From Bdellovibrionales bacterium (GTDB taxonomy: Bacteria; Bdellovibrionota; Bdellovibrionia; Bdellovibrionales; UBA1609): a DNA stretch of 58,354 bases. The position numbers and the translations under genes are program-made. Positions within the stretch are counted from its first letter, which is position 1. Each line of letters starts with the position of its first letter. Below, piece after piece: positions 19,456 to 28,991 of this stretch. Location of the stretch: NCBI GenBank assembly GCA_050246815.1, contig JBFWVI010000018.1, positions 1-58,354 on the forward strand, read 5' to 3'. The notes beneath the pieces were generated by a model that was given only the letters and a program-made list of their open reading frames with translations, was not told the origin of the DNA and did not search any database.

Positions 19456-20439
19456 ATGTCAATCATTCAAGCTAGCGTTTGCTCACTAAGAGACCGAACA
19501 ACTTTGGTCAGCTTTATTCACCCACTGACCAAAAGAAAAGTCAGAAAAACATTCTATTCGGCCACTGAAGCCGACGAGTACAAAATAAAACTGGAGAAGC
19601 GATTCAGCGGTACAGGTATCAACGCCTATCGAGAGTTAAGCATCGAAGACCTGATTATTTTGTTCCTGCGCGAAAAGCCAAAAAATAAATTCTTTAAAGC
19701 GAGACTTCACGTCGTCGATTTAATTGAAACCTTTGGTCATTTGCGAGCGGAAGATATGAACTCGGATATGCTTCGCATCTGGCTCGACCAAATTCAAAAA
19801 GAGAACAACCTAACTGAAACTTCAATGTGTAGCCTAAAATGCACCATTGACATGTTTTTCGCTTATCTTGAAGAGAAAGAGATAATTTCAGAGTCGCCGC
19901 TGCGAGAAATCTTTTACAAGCGCACCGTGCCTTCAATCCAGTCGCGCAACATTCTCCCAGTGAGCGAAATCGAAAAGCTCTTGTACGCCATAAAATTATT
20001 TTCACCTGGCTATTTGTACCCAATAATACGGCTATTTGCTGAGACGGGCGCAAAAGTAACCGAAGTGCTGGAGCTAAAATGGAGCCAGCTTGATTTTGAG
20101 AAGCGCACTGTGCATTTTTATGGAACCAGTAAGAGCCGCGAGCGCACACTCCCCATTTCTGAGGAGCTGACGAGTATTTTAGAAAAACGTCGTCGCACCA
20201 CTGGCCTTGTGTTTCAAACGTATTACAGGGAGCCATTCACGCGTGTTAAACTTTCAATCGCAGTTAACGAGTTCAAGCGCAAAGGGACCTACAAAGGCCA
20301 GTGGACCGTTATGGACTTGCGCCATTCGTTCGCGGTGAACTTTTTAGCAAATGGCGGTAGCTTGCACGATTTACAAATGCAGTTAGGCCACTGGAATGTT
20401 TTCGATACGAAGAAATTGTATGGAGGTGCCAGCATCTAG
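19456..20439 (+). CDS. Tyrosine recombinase B (element 1), altered catalytic motifs
   Basis: TGAKVTE (R to K), MDLRHSFA (H to M), LGH.N...T.KLY. Confidence 0.88.
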   Translation: MSIIQASVCSLRDRTTLVSFIHPLTKRKVRKTFYSATEADEYKIKLEKRFSGTGINAYRELSIEDLIILFLREKPKNKFFKARLHVVDLIETFGHLRAEDMNSDMLRIWLDQIQKENNLTETSMCSLKCTIDMFFAYLEEKEIISESPLREIFYKRTVPSIQSRNILPVSEIEKLLYAIKLFSPGYLYPIIRLFAETGAKVTEVLELKWSQLDFEKRTVHFYGTSKSRERTLPISEELTSILEKRRRTTGLVFQTYYREPFTRVKLSIAVNEFKRKGTYKGQWTVMDLRHSFAVNFLANGGSLHDLQMQLGHWNVFDTKKLYGGASI

Positions 20440-20463
20440 TCAGGACGCTAGCCGCGCCTTCTC

Positions 20464-22416
20464 CTACAGTAGCTTATTCAGGTCTTTAAACAGTTGCTCC
20501 ATTTTATTCATAGCCTCTGCGGCCCCTGGTAAATCTTTGAGTAGCGCTGCCTGATTTTGGCATAAGAAAGCCGAGGGCGCATAGTGGTCATATTCTGCGC
20601 ACTCAGTTGCTACCTCTCGAAAATGGCCTTCTGCGATTTCAACGGCTCTACCTTTTGACGACGCCAATTTTTTGGAGTCCATTTTTTTCTCTTTCAAATT
20701 GTAAGTCTGGTTTAGAAGCTCAAAGTAAAACTCTTTCCCCAATATATCTTCTATGTCGCCCTCATCGGTTTGCGCATAGGTATTGGCGGTAAAAACGTGC
20801 CCTTGTTTCATAAGGGCAGACTTGCGCAAATCTTCAACTTTTCTCTTTTGCCCTTTTGCAAAGTCGATTAACATCGCCACATGGAGACGGTTACCTCCAA
20901 AGAGGCACATGAACGCGCTAACTTTATCAACGCCACCTGTTGGGCATACGGTCCAGCGCGGGTCTAAATAAGTACGGCCTGCCTGCTTCAATGCTTCAGA
21001 AAATACTTTTAAGTAAAGTAGGTCCGATGGGCCTTCGACCAATAGAGTGTGCTTGCCCACAAATAGTGTCTGCGTAATTTCGTAACCTAGGGCACCCTGA
21101 AGCGGGAATAATGTCTCGCTGTCGGCACTCAAAACTTCGTCACCAACTTTTGTCCCCAGAATAGAAACGCTCCCGTCTTTTTCAGTTCTAATAACGTCTT
21201 CGACCGTCCTTGCGGCTAGTAGGTTATTGGCTGGCACCATGAATGGTGAATGCGTCGTATAAACAACCTGATGAAAAGGCTGAAGCTTATCTGCAAAATA
21301 GCGCAATAAATCTGACTGGGCTTTTGCGTGTAAACTGAGTCCTGGCTCATCTAGCAGCACGATCAAATTATTCCCGAAAGCTTTTTTTACTTGAGAGAAG
21401 AGAACCAAGAATGAAAAGAACCAAACAAAGCCAGTACTACGCTCGTCAAAACTGACAGTGACGTCATGATGCGTATTGAGAATGCGCGTACGCATAATCC
21501 GTCCAGAATTAAATGGCGGCGCATCACCACTTTGAGCGGCATCGACCCTGAATTGCACCTTTAGGTGCCTGTTTTGCGTCCAGTACTCAAAAATCTCCCT
21601 GGAAATTTTAATTGAGGCCGCTTCTAATCTAGCAATTAAAGGCTCAAATTGATTTTGCTTGGCCAATTCCTCAAGCGAAACTCCGACCAGGCCAAGAAAA
21701 GACATAAATACGCGATCTTCTGAAGTGAGGGTTTGCTTTTCAGTAACTTTTTTTAACAAAGCTTCGAGAGCCACCTGACCATTCATACGGTCATAGTTTG
21801 AAAAATATAAAAATTTAGGCAGGGACAAAGTGTCTATGGCGGCAAGTGCCGCTGTTCCTCTTTTAAAATGCGTCGTAAGGTGTGTGCTTAGCGTTTCGTG
21901 CCGCTCTGACGTTTTATCTCCGAGGCTAGTTAAAAACTCCTTGAGTTGTTTAACTGATTTGAGGTCTTTAAGCTGCTCTCGCTCTTCAGTGTGAAGTTCC
22001 GCATTGGCCAAAACGAAGTCTAGAGCCTTTTTTTCATCAATAGGAACTGTCCAGGTTTGGGTGTTCGCGTAACCTTTGCGAACGGTAACTTCGGTGCCGT
22101 TAATTGAATCTGGGCCAAGCAGTTTTTTTAGGTTGCCGATTTCTTTTTCTTCTAACTGCCAAGTCGTATTTAAAACGTCGGCATCGCCTTGTGGATGCCG
22201 CTCATCATAATCCAATAGGTAGCGCCTAGGATAATCGGATTGCTTGTCGTATTCCTTATCCGAGCTATCAGTGGGGTTTAATTTATATAGCGCCTTTAGA
22301 ACCGAAGATTTGCCAGCTTCATTTTTGCCAACCAAGCAGGTGACATCATCTAAAGTGAACTCGGTCGAATCATCAATACATCTGAAATTCGTTACGCGAA
22401 CCTTTTTTAGTTTCAT
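20464..22416 (-). CDS. OLD-like ABC-type ATPase + TOPRIM-like protein, putative defence cargo
   Basis: NFRCI, LVGKNEAGKS, LLDEPGLSLH, YTTHSPF and LLVEGPSD motifs. Confidence 0.85.
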   Translation of the reverse strand: MKLKKVRVTNFRCIDDSTEFTLDDVTCLVGKNEAGKSSVLKALYKLNPTDSSDKEYDKQSDYPRRYLLDYDERHPQGDADVLNTTWQLEEKEIGNLKKLLGPDSINGTEVTVRKGYANTQTWTVPIDEKKALDFVLANAELHTEEREQLKDLKSVKQLKEFLTSLGDKTSERHETLSTHLTTHFKRGTAALAAIDTLSLPKFLYFSNYDRMNGQVALEALLKKVTEKQTLTSEDRVFMSFLGLVGVSLEELAKQNQFEPLIARLEAASIKISREIFEYWTQNRHLKVQFRVDAAQSGDAPPFNSGRIMRTRILNTHHDVTVSFDERSTGFVWFFSFLVLFSQVKKAFGNNLIVLLDEPGLSLHAKAQSDLLRYFADKLQPFHQVVYTTHSPFMVPANNLLAARTVEDVIRTEKDGSVSILGTKVGDEVLSADSETLFPLQGALGYEITQTLFVGKHTLLVEGPSDLLYLKVFSEALKQAGRTYLDPRWTVCPTGGVDKVSAFMCLFGGNRLHVAMLIDFAKGQKRKVEDLRKSALMKQGHVFTANTYAQTDEGDIEDILGKEFYFELLNQTYNLKEKKMDSKKLASSKGRAVEIAEGHFREVATECAEYDHYAPSAFLCQNQAALLKDLPGAAEAMNKMEQLFKDLNKLL

Positions 22417-22549
22417 TCAGCGCTCCTTCAAATTTTACAATCGGGTCGTTACATATCCAAAATCACCTACAAAAATCCAAACCGCGAAAGTACCAACAAG
22501 AACCCAATGGCTGTTTTTAGCCAAATTTTTCTAATTTTACGCATCTTGT

Positions 22550-22570
22550 TGGCACGAAGCTGGCACGATG
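22550..22570 (+). repeat. Tandem GGCACGA site after immunity gene 2
   Basis: TGGCACGAAGCTGGCACGATG, 11-bp period. Confidence 0.8.
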
Positions 22571-22611
22571 GCGACCGCCGCTAACAATATGCTGTCCTAA
22601 AAATGCCATTT

Positions 22612-22974
22612 TTATTTGCTCCAAACGTCTTTGTATAAAGAGATCGCCAATGCGATATTACCGATGCAAAGTAAAACTCTAATGGCAATTCGCCCAATTA
22701 GGCCGTCTCTTTCGGGTGAGGATTTTGACGACGAATAATCCATAAGTTGCACTCCCCGAAATTCAAAAAGAGCCGCCGCCTCAATACACAAAACTAACAT
22801 TCCTATTGAGAAAAGAATCGCTAATGCTGTCTTTCCTGTATCTGGCCAACCGTCATAGATGAGGCCAAATGAAAGTTGGCCAATAACGCCTAAGACGCCA
22901 ATTTTAAGAGGCAAGCTTAGTCCTGCCAACTGAGCCGTGTATCTTTCTTTTATAATTGTGAAGACCTTTGCCAT
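22612..22974 (-). CDS. Three-TM membrane protein, probable immunity protein for tip 2
   Basis: Hydrophobic helices; directly downstream of the Rhs tip. Confidence 0.7.
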   Translation of the reverse strand: MAKVFTIIKERYTAQLAGLSLPLKIGVLGVIGQLSFGLIYDGWPDTGKTALAILFSIGMLVLCIEAAALFEFRGVQLMDYSSSKSSPERDGLIGRIAIRVLLCIGNIALAISLYKDVWSK

Positions 22975-23020
22975 TTACATTTCCCTTTATGAACAGTTGC
23001 TTACACTATATTGAAGCACA

Positions 23021-23454
23021 TTAATTGCACGATGGTCCACCTGGAGGAGGATTTGAAGGCGGTGGTGTCGGCGGAGTTGGTGGCTTCGGCGGGTCACAAC
23101 TAATCGCTCCGTATTGTCCTAGCACTGCCGCGCCGACATCAAATCCAATACCTCCAATAGTACCGCCAATCGTAGATGCGCCACCTGTTAGGCCAGCCAC
23201 AGCACCGCCAATCGCTCCGCCAATAAGTCCAGAGGCGAGACCCGCGCCTTTGCATCCAGCGGGTGCATTTATATATCCGCCGATCCCACCAATGAGTCCG
23301 CCAATTATTGCTCCACCAATGATTGCTGGATTTCTTCCATCCGAATCAATAAAGTTCACGGGGTCGTTGAAAGTGTAGCCATACAAATTTGTCTGCTGAC
23401 CAGCGAAGAGAATAGGATCTTTCGATAACCATCTCCCCGTCTCCGCATCATAAT
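23021..23454 (-). pseudogene. Orphan Rhs C-terminal cassette 2: core end + glycine-zipper tip
   Basis: [35 protein letters not shown], then GxxxG-rich helices and a Pro-rich tail. Homology stops at 23454. Confidence 0.85.
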
Positions 23455-23568
23455 GAATGAAACACGCCTCGGATAAATCTATTTTAAATGCAGCGGCCAT
23501 TTATATTTGTTCTTGCATCAGCTTGTTTAGTTTAAGCGTATCGGATTTTCTAAATTTTCCAAATAGCT

Positions 23569-23588
23569 TGGCAATAAATTGGCACGAT
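23569..23588 (+). repeat. Left-end tandem GGCACGA-type site of element 2
   Basis: TGGCAATAAATTGGCACGAT; the units begin 123 and 134 bp from the core at 23447. Confidence 0.72.
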
Positions 23589-23716
23589 CCAAAAATGATT
23601 GAATTCGTCGAAAACTTTTTGTGGAAAAACTTCGAGCGCGGAGATTCCGAACGCGCGAATCGCATAGCGCTTTTGAGTAGGTTATCGATTTTAGTTTTAC
23701 GCTCAAAATCCTATCA

Positions 23717-23899
23717 CTACTTTTTGCGGGACCGATTTACTTGGGCCCATTGATCCAGCCCCTCCTGGACAAAGTCGGAAAACCCACGCCCGCTTTGCTC
23801 AGCAAGACGCTCTAATTCCTTTTTAAGCTCTTCCGGCAATCGAATTGAAACGGTAACTTTGTCGCCCTTAATAAAATGACGTTTTGTGACTGGTTTCAT
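23717..23899 (-). CDS. Ribbon-helix-helix regulator
   Basis: TVSIRLPEELKKELERLAEQSGRGFSDFV.EGL. Confidence 0.8.
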   Translation of the reverse strand: MKPVTKRHFIKGDKVTVSIRLPEELKKELERLAEQSGRGFSDFVQEGLDQWAQVNRSRKK

Positions 23900-24065
23900 A
23901 GTTCAAATAAGACACGTTATTACATTTTATTGCAAATAATGACGCGCCGTGATAGTCTGTATCCACAATGGTTAGCTCTAGAATCAAAACGGCATGCCGA
24001 CGATTTAATCGATTAGTCGTTTATAAAACCGACCGGCGGGAAATGCTTTTACCGAAGGGCTTGAA

Positions 24066-24398
24066 ATGACGAAGGATATGGAGATGAAACTTAAAATCGG
24101 CCCGGTCCTGACGTCATTAATCGATAAAAAGCGCCTGACCTTAAAAGAAATCAGTCAGGCTTGCGGTGTTCCAGCCAGTACCCTAAGCGAATGGAAACTG
24201 AATCGAATGCCAAAAAATCCAGAACATCTGCGTCTAGTTGCCGAGCATCTAGACGTTTCTTTGCACTACTTGCTTTTTGGTGAAGAGGACGGCAATGAGC
24301 CGCTTCAAAAGCTGATTAAGGAAGACCTTTTTCAGGGCACTTTTGAAATTACATTAAAACGAGTGCGAATTACAGACCCAACATCGGGGGGGGGATAA
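24066..24398 (+). CDS. XRE-family HTH regulator
   Basis: LTLKEISQACGVPASTLSEW...VAEHLDVSLHYLLFG. Confidence 0.82.
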   Translation: MTKDMEMKLKIGPVLTSLIDKKRLTLKEISQACGVPASTLSEWKLNRMPKNPEHLRLVAEHLDVSLHYLLFGEEDGNEPLQKLIKEDLFQGTFEITLKRVRITDPTSGGG

Positions 24399-24716
24399 AT
24401 GGATTTCATTTTGTCGATTTTGCCGTTTGCGTTGATTCTTGGGTTTATCTTTTTCGCTAAGGAAATCCTGGCACGATCAAATCAGTTTTGCCTCAAATGT
24501 CATACAACAGCGAATGTTAGCAAAAGCTATGCAGGCAGCCGCATTATCCTGGTTTTACTGCTCTGCTGCTTCATTCTTCCGGGTATCATTTATTGGATTT
24601 ATATATCCGGAACCAAGAGTCATAAATGCCCGTCCTGCGGTAAACGCGAAATGGTGCCAGCAAATTCACCGGCGGCTCAACAAATCACAAAATCTTTTGA
24701 CACCAAATCGGGGTAG
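24399..24716 (+). CDS. Membrane protein with a split CxxC zinc ribbon
   Basis: CLKC, a TM hairpin (ILPGIIY), then CPSCG. Confidence 0.7.
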   Translation: MDFILSILPFALILGFIFFAKEILARSNQFCLKCHTTANVSKSYAGSRIILVLLLCCFILPGIIYWIYISGTKSHKCPSCGKREMVPANSPAAQQITKSFDTKSG

Positions 24717-24727
24717 AAGAAATCATT

Positions 24728-25300
24728 GTGTTCAAAGCAATTCTGCGCCTAACTATATGTTCAATTTTTATATCTGGATGCGCCTCAACCAAGGACTTTG
24801 TTGCCAGAGTCACCAGACCGACGCCGCCCAAGCAAGAGGTCGCCACGTTGAAGAATGAAGATCGTTTTAAGGAGTACATTGAAGATACTGAAGTCGACGC
24901 TGTGGTCTCTTATACAAGAGCACAGGCATGGGCAGCGAGCGCCTATAAGAATGGTTCACAGTCCGCGATTCAGTATGAAGACCAAGCTACCTATAAATTT
25001 ATTGCTAGGGGCTTTCTTAGTGACTGCCAGGGGCTAGGAAATTGGCGCCACTATGAGGTTAGTTTTTTACTCGACTTCCAAGCTAAAAATAAACGCGTTC
25101 GCATATTGTTCGATAAAATACTGATGACAAATATTGGCCAGCAACATGGCAGTGGCGGCAATCCTGTTGCAGCCCTTATGTCATCTAATCTTCCTACTAC
25201 GAAGGATGAGTTAGATAAAATTGCGGCGAATTGCCTAGAGCCCATCAAGGCCACATTAATGAAGGAAATTCAGACGGATAAGGGCACAAAAAATTGGTAG
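24728..25300 (+). CDS. Lipoprotein (DUF4468-like)
   Basis: Lipobox ISGC; IQYED....IARG and K..RVRI.F pattern. Confidence 0.6.
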   Translation: MFKAILRLTICSIFISGCASTKDFVARVTRPTPPKQEVATLKNEDRFKEYIEDTEVDAVVSYTRAQAWAASAYKNGSQSAIQYEDQATYKFIARGFLSDCQGLGNWRHYEVSFLLDFQAKNKRVRILFDKILMTNIGQQHGSGGNPVAALMSSNLPTTKDELDKIAANCLEPIKATLMKEIQTDKGTKNW

Positions 25301-25413
25301 GCTGCAAACGCTTCAATACCCGAAATGATGCAATAGATGATGAGTTTCGAATTTCCAAAAATTGCCGCAAAGACGTTTACCACTAAGGATCTATTGAATG
25401 CGGCAGTAATTAC

Positions 25414-25776
25414 TTATGATATCGAACCATCTGAATCTATAAATTCAAAACCACATTCTTCTGGGTCAAGCGGCTCGGGTATCAAGTAATTATGTTTGGC
25501 CGCTAGGGCTTGCCAAAATCTAAAATTCGAAATATTTTCCAACGCCGTCTTTTCCAATTGATCTATGATGGGCTGATTTATTTCGGCGACCTGGTGGTTT
25601 AGCCATTCCGCAAAACCGTTGATCTGCTTCCACCGAGAAATTGTCTCAGTTGCTATACCCACTTCAGCGGCAAGTACTCGTTGTTTTTTACTATTTTCGG
25701 ATTTAGCCAATTTATAAGCATACAGTTTCATTGCGGGCGTTGGTTCAAAAACTTGATCTAATATCAACTTAGCCAT
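25414..25776 (-). CDS. HTH protein resembling a phage terminase-small/phBC6A51-type HTH
   Basis: LAAEVGIATETISRWKQ..GF.EWL pattern. Confidence 0.55.
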   Translation of the reverse strand: MAKLILDQVFEPTPAMKLYAYKLAKSENSKKQRVLAAEVGIATETISRWKQINGFAEWLNHQVAEINQPIIDQLEKTALENISNFRFWQALAAKHNYLIPEPLDPEECGFEFIDSDGSIS

Positions 25777-25940
25777 GTGTGTATTCTAAATCAATTCTCC
25801 AACTTTCAACATTATTTAATTACATAGCTAACCGTACTAATCTATTTCTCTAGAAACAGGCTTAATTTTAAAATATTTCATATTATGACAATTTATTGCA
25901 AAAATAATGCAGTGTGATATATTTAACTAAGGAGTTATTT

Positions 25941-26546
25941 ATGACGCCCAAGCATGCGGCCTTATATTGTCGAACATCCACCCATTTGCAAACTACCGGC
26001 CTAGAAGCGCAAGCGCGCGCCCTCCAAACCTACTGTCGGACACACGAATTGGGGCAATATCTCACATTTAGTGATGAGGGAGTCTCAGGCACCAAAGCCA
26101 ACAGACCTGAACTAGATCGCCTTATGTCTGCCGTTGAAAGTGGCAAAGTCTCTTCTGTAATCGTATACAGTTTTAGTCGGTTTGCCCGGTCGGTTACCCA
26201 TCTGCTGCACGCACTTCAAAAATTTGAGCAGCACGGGGTCTCGTTTATTTCAGTTTCCGAAAATTTAGACACCAGGACCAGCACAGGTAAATTTGTATTC
26301 ACAATTTTAGCTGCTTTAGCCGCACTTGAGCGCGAAATTCTCGTTGAGCGGGTAAAGACCGGGCTCATCAATGCCCGAGCAAAGGGCAAGCGTTTAGGGC
26401 GCCCGCAAACCCGTCCAAATGAGTTGATTAAGGAACTACTACTTAGAGGATTTTCTTATAGAAAAATCGCCCGCATTGCAAAATGCTCACATTGGTCCAT
26501 TTCAGAAGTGGCAAAGGTGATCCGCTCGGAAAAGAAGTCGGGCTGA
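25941..26546 (+). CDS. Serine recombinase (resolvase/invertase)
   Basis: YCRTST..Q, DEGVSG, RPEL, SRFARS and GKRLGRP motifs; AGGAG RBS. Confidence 0.92.
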   Translation: MTPKHAALYCRTSTHLQTTGLEAQARALQTYCRTHELGQYLTFSDEGVSGTKANRPELDRLMSAVESGKVSSVIVYSFSRFARSVTHLLHALQKFEQHGVSFISVSENLDTRTSTGKFVFTILAALAALEREILVERVKTGLINARAKGKRLGRPQTRPNELIKELLLRGFSYRKIARIAKCSHWSISEVAKVIRSEKKSG

Positions 26547-26687
26547 GACGCAGTAGCGCTATCATGACAGTTGATTTCCGTACATATCCGCTTCAATGGG
26601 CTTCCTTTTATTTCAAGCTCTGCGCTTGCGCCCACTCCTGAGAAGCTGCTTGGCCAATAACTGTTATTATTGTAATTTCCCATTATA

Positions 26688-27698
26688 ATGAAATCCTCGA
26701 TGGTGGCGCATGTACGCCTTAAATTTAGCGAAGCTCGTCTTAAATCTGATCGAAATGCCACGCTCTTGTCTATGCTCGAAGGTGCCCAGTGGTCTAAGAC
26801 AGGTGACAGACTCATTTACATTGAGGGCATAAGAAAACTGAACTCTAAGCAAGGCGTTCCCAATCCTTTTCAAGGATCGCTTGCCTATGGAGATCCTATC
26901 GAGATTGACAAATTTATGTGCAAGGCCTTTAAGGCGAGCGTCGAAAGCATTCTTCCCGAATTAATTCGAACAAGTCGCCTTCCTTGCGGATTTAAATTGC
27001 TGGTTATCGAGGAATTTTTTAAATTTTATGCCGTTGTACCTGCTAGTCTCGGCGCAGGCACCTATGGCAATTTTAGACTCTATGTAAGCATTCTAGGTAA
27101 TGGACAAATTCGACTCAACATCCCTAAGTGGTTCTCTTCGACAGAATCGAAGCGAATATTCTCGAACCTTTCAGACGCCAGGCTTTTATTCCTAGATACA
27201 TCAACTGACGCAAAATTTAACTCTTCTTCTCGCAATGCGCCGATCAATCTCATAAAGCGCATTTTGGCTAGTCAGTACTTTCGAGGCTCCTTCAAGCGAT
27301 TGCTTCTCGCGGCTGTTTTGCCAACGGTAAAAAATTTATCTAAAGCGCAGCTCGCTAAGCTCAATGAGCGCAAGGTGGATGGGGCGGAAGACATCATTTC
27401 AAAGCGATTTTACTTTAACAGCGATTTCGCAGACAATGCACAATACGCGCAGTTCAAAAAGAATCTCATTTTTACTTATTTTTTAGTTGTACATTCGATT
27501 TGCGAATTCGAACGAGCGCCAATCGCCACACGATTTGACTCGGCAACGCTGAATCTTGTGATGAATTTACACAACGACGAATTTGATCTAAGTGATATAC
27601 CTTTGCCTCGAATCGACGCGCGATATATCAAGTCTTTCATCAAGGACTTTTACAACTCTAGTTCAAAAATCGAAACTTCCCACCGCACAAGCCATTGA
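26688..27698 (+). CDS. Hypothetical protein
   Basis: 336-aa ORF with no motif I recognise. Confidence 0.55.
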   Translation: MKSSMVAHVRLKFSEARLKSDRNATLLSMLEGAQWSKTGDRLIYIEGIRKLNSKQGVPNPFQGSLAYGDPIEIDKFMCKAFKASVESILPELIRTSRLPCGFKLLVIEEFFKFYAVVPASLGAGTYGNFRLYVSILGNGQIRLNIPKWFSSTESKRIFSNLSDARLLFLDTSTDAKFNSSSRNAPINLIKRILASQYFRGSFKRLLLAAVLPTVKNLSKAQLAKLNERKVDGAEDIISKRFYFNSDFADNAQYAQFKKNLIFTYFLVVHSICEFERAPIATRFDSATLNLVMNLHNDEFDLSDIPLPRIDARYIKSFIKDFYNSSSKIETSHRTSH

Positions 27699-27811
27699 AT
27701 ATATTCGATATAGCATAAACTTGTGGTTCAAATTTTGCCCTATCCCACTCGGAATGTCAGACTGGTCAATTGTTGTTAGTTCTGTTGTTAACCCAACAGG
27801 AGGAACAAGGG

Positions 27812-28009
27812 ATGAGTACATTAAAGCAAATACTGCAAGAGAAGGGCGTAAGCCAAATTGAATTGGCCAAGCAGATCGGCGTCGCCGATTCAGCGGTTTC
27901 AAAGTGGATTAAGTGGGGGTTCAAAATCCCTTTTAAGCACAAAGCGAAAATCTGTGCGGCATTGAACTGCGAGTTGTCTGATTTAAACGATCGAGGTGAC
28001 AATGCGTAG
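27812..28009 (+). CDS. Small Cro/XRE HTH protein
   Basis: LKQILQEKGVSQIELAKQIGVADSAVSKW; AGGAGG RBS. Confidence 0.82.
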   Translation: MSTLKQILQEKGVSQIELAKQIGVADSAVSKWIKWGFKIPFKHKAKICAALNCELSDLNDRGDNA

Positions 28010-28991
28010 TCTCGATTTGAAAGAGATAAAGCTCCTGGCCAATGGAAGATGGTTTGAGATTCTAAACAGTCATGGAATCGCCATTCAGTTTTTAAATGGG
28101 AAAAATGGCCCCTGTCCGATATGTGGCGGCAATGACCGCTGGCGCTGGGATAATAAAAATGGCGATGGTGGGGGCTTGTGCCATCAATGCGACCTAAGAG
28201 GCTCGGGCCTTTCGATACTCGGTAGATGGTTGAACCTCTCAAGCCGCAAAGATTTTCCGAAGCTACTAGAAATCATCGCAAACACTATCCGCGCATCTTG
28301 GCCCGTCGTTCCACGGCGCGTTCTGGATGAAGAATCAAAATGCAAATATATGCGCAGTCTTGCCTTAAAGTTGTGGCACAGCACACAAGCCTTAGCGCCG
28401 AATGACACGGCCTCAGTTTATTTGAAAAATCGCGGTTTAACTTCGCACTTAGGTATAAAAGCCCTTAGAAGCCACCCAAATTTAGAGTACCGCAAAAATG
28501 GTAAGATCATTGGTAAATTCCCTGCACTGGTAGCGAAAGTTACTGACGTCCAAGGAAAATTTCTAGCAATCCACCGCACGTTTCTTGATCCGTCGGGCGC
28601 AAAAGCAAATGTGACGGAAGTTAAAATGATGTTAGGCCCAGTTGACGGCGGTTCGGTTCAATTCGACCACGCATCGGAAGTTTTGAACATTGCAGAAGGT
28701 ATTGAAACTGCACTCGCTGTCCGCGAACTTTCAGGCGGACCAACATGGGCCGCGATGACGGCGGGCAATCTTGAAAAGTTAGAAATCCCGAATTCCGTAA
28801 AAAAAGTTACGATATGGGCTGACCTTGATCCAAACAAACGCGGTGAAAAAGCGGCCCACGCTCTAGCCCGCCGTCTTTACCATCTTGGCGTTCAGACCAT
28901 AATTAAACTTCCCGAAGCACAAATGAACACAGAAAAATTGGATTGGCTCGACATTCATTTAGACCAGTCTGGAAGCCCCCATGTCGGATAA
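28002..28991 (+). CDS. P4 alpha-type zinc-binding + TOPRIM primase
   Basis: GPCPICGG.DRWR.D...C..C, YL..RG, IHRTFL, AEGIETAL and WADLD motifs. Confidence 0.88.
   Translation: MRSLDLKEIKLLANGRWFEILNSHGIAIQFLNGKNGPCPICGGNDRWRWDNKNGDGGGLCHQCDLRGSGLSILGRWLNLSSRKDFPKLLEIIANTIRASWPVVPRRVLDEESKCKYMRSLALKLWHSTQALAPNDTASVYLKNRGLTSHLGIKALRSHPNLEYRKNGKIIGKFPALVAKVTDVQGKFLAIHRTFLDPSGAKANVTEVKMMLGPVDGGSVQFDHASEVLNIAEGIETALAVRELSGGPTWAAMTAGNLEKLEIPNSVKKVTIWADLDPNKRGEKAAHALARRLYHLGVQTIIKLPEAQMNTEKLDWLDIHLDQSGSPHVG

Larger units (their letters stand above)
10775..23454. mobile_element. Integrative element 1 (~12.7 kb) carrying Rhs tip 2 and its immunity gene
   Basis: Bounded by ATCATAAT at 10775 and 23447; xis plus two tyrosine recombinases, resolvase, rep gene, GGCACGA repeats. 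Confidence 0.75.

Noticed and set aside
18412..20439. Chromosomal XerC/XerD, integron integrase or RIT element
   Set aside because: The genes are coupled to xis, duplicated in accessory DNA, only two per unit, and I saw no IntI insertion or attC-like cassettes.
22550..22570. GGCACGA tandem sites as sigma-54 promoters
   Set aside because: They fit GG-N10-GC, but they point antisense to the toxin/immunity genes, the second unit repeats the full GGCACGA, and they sit at fixed distances from junctions. Disfavoured, not excluded.
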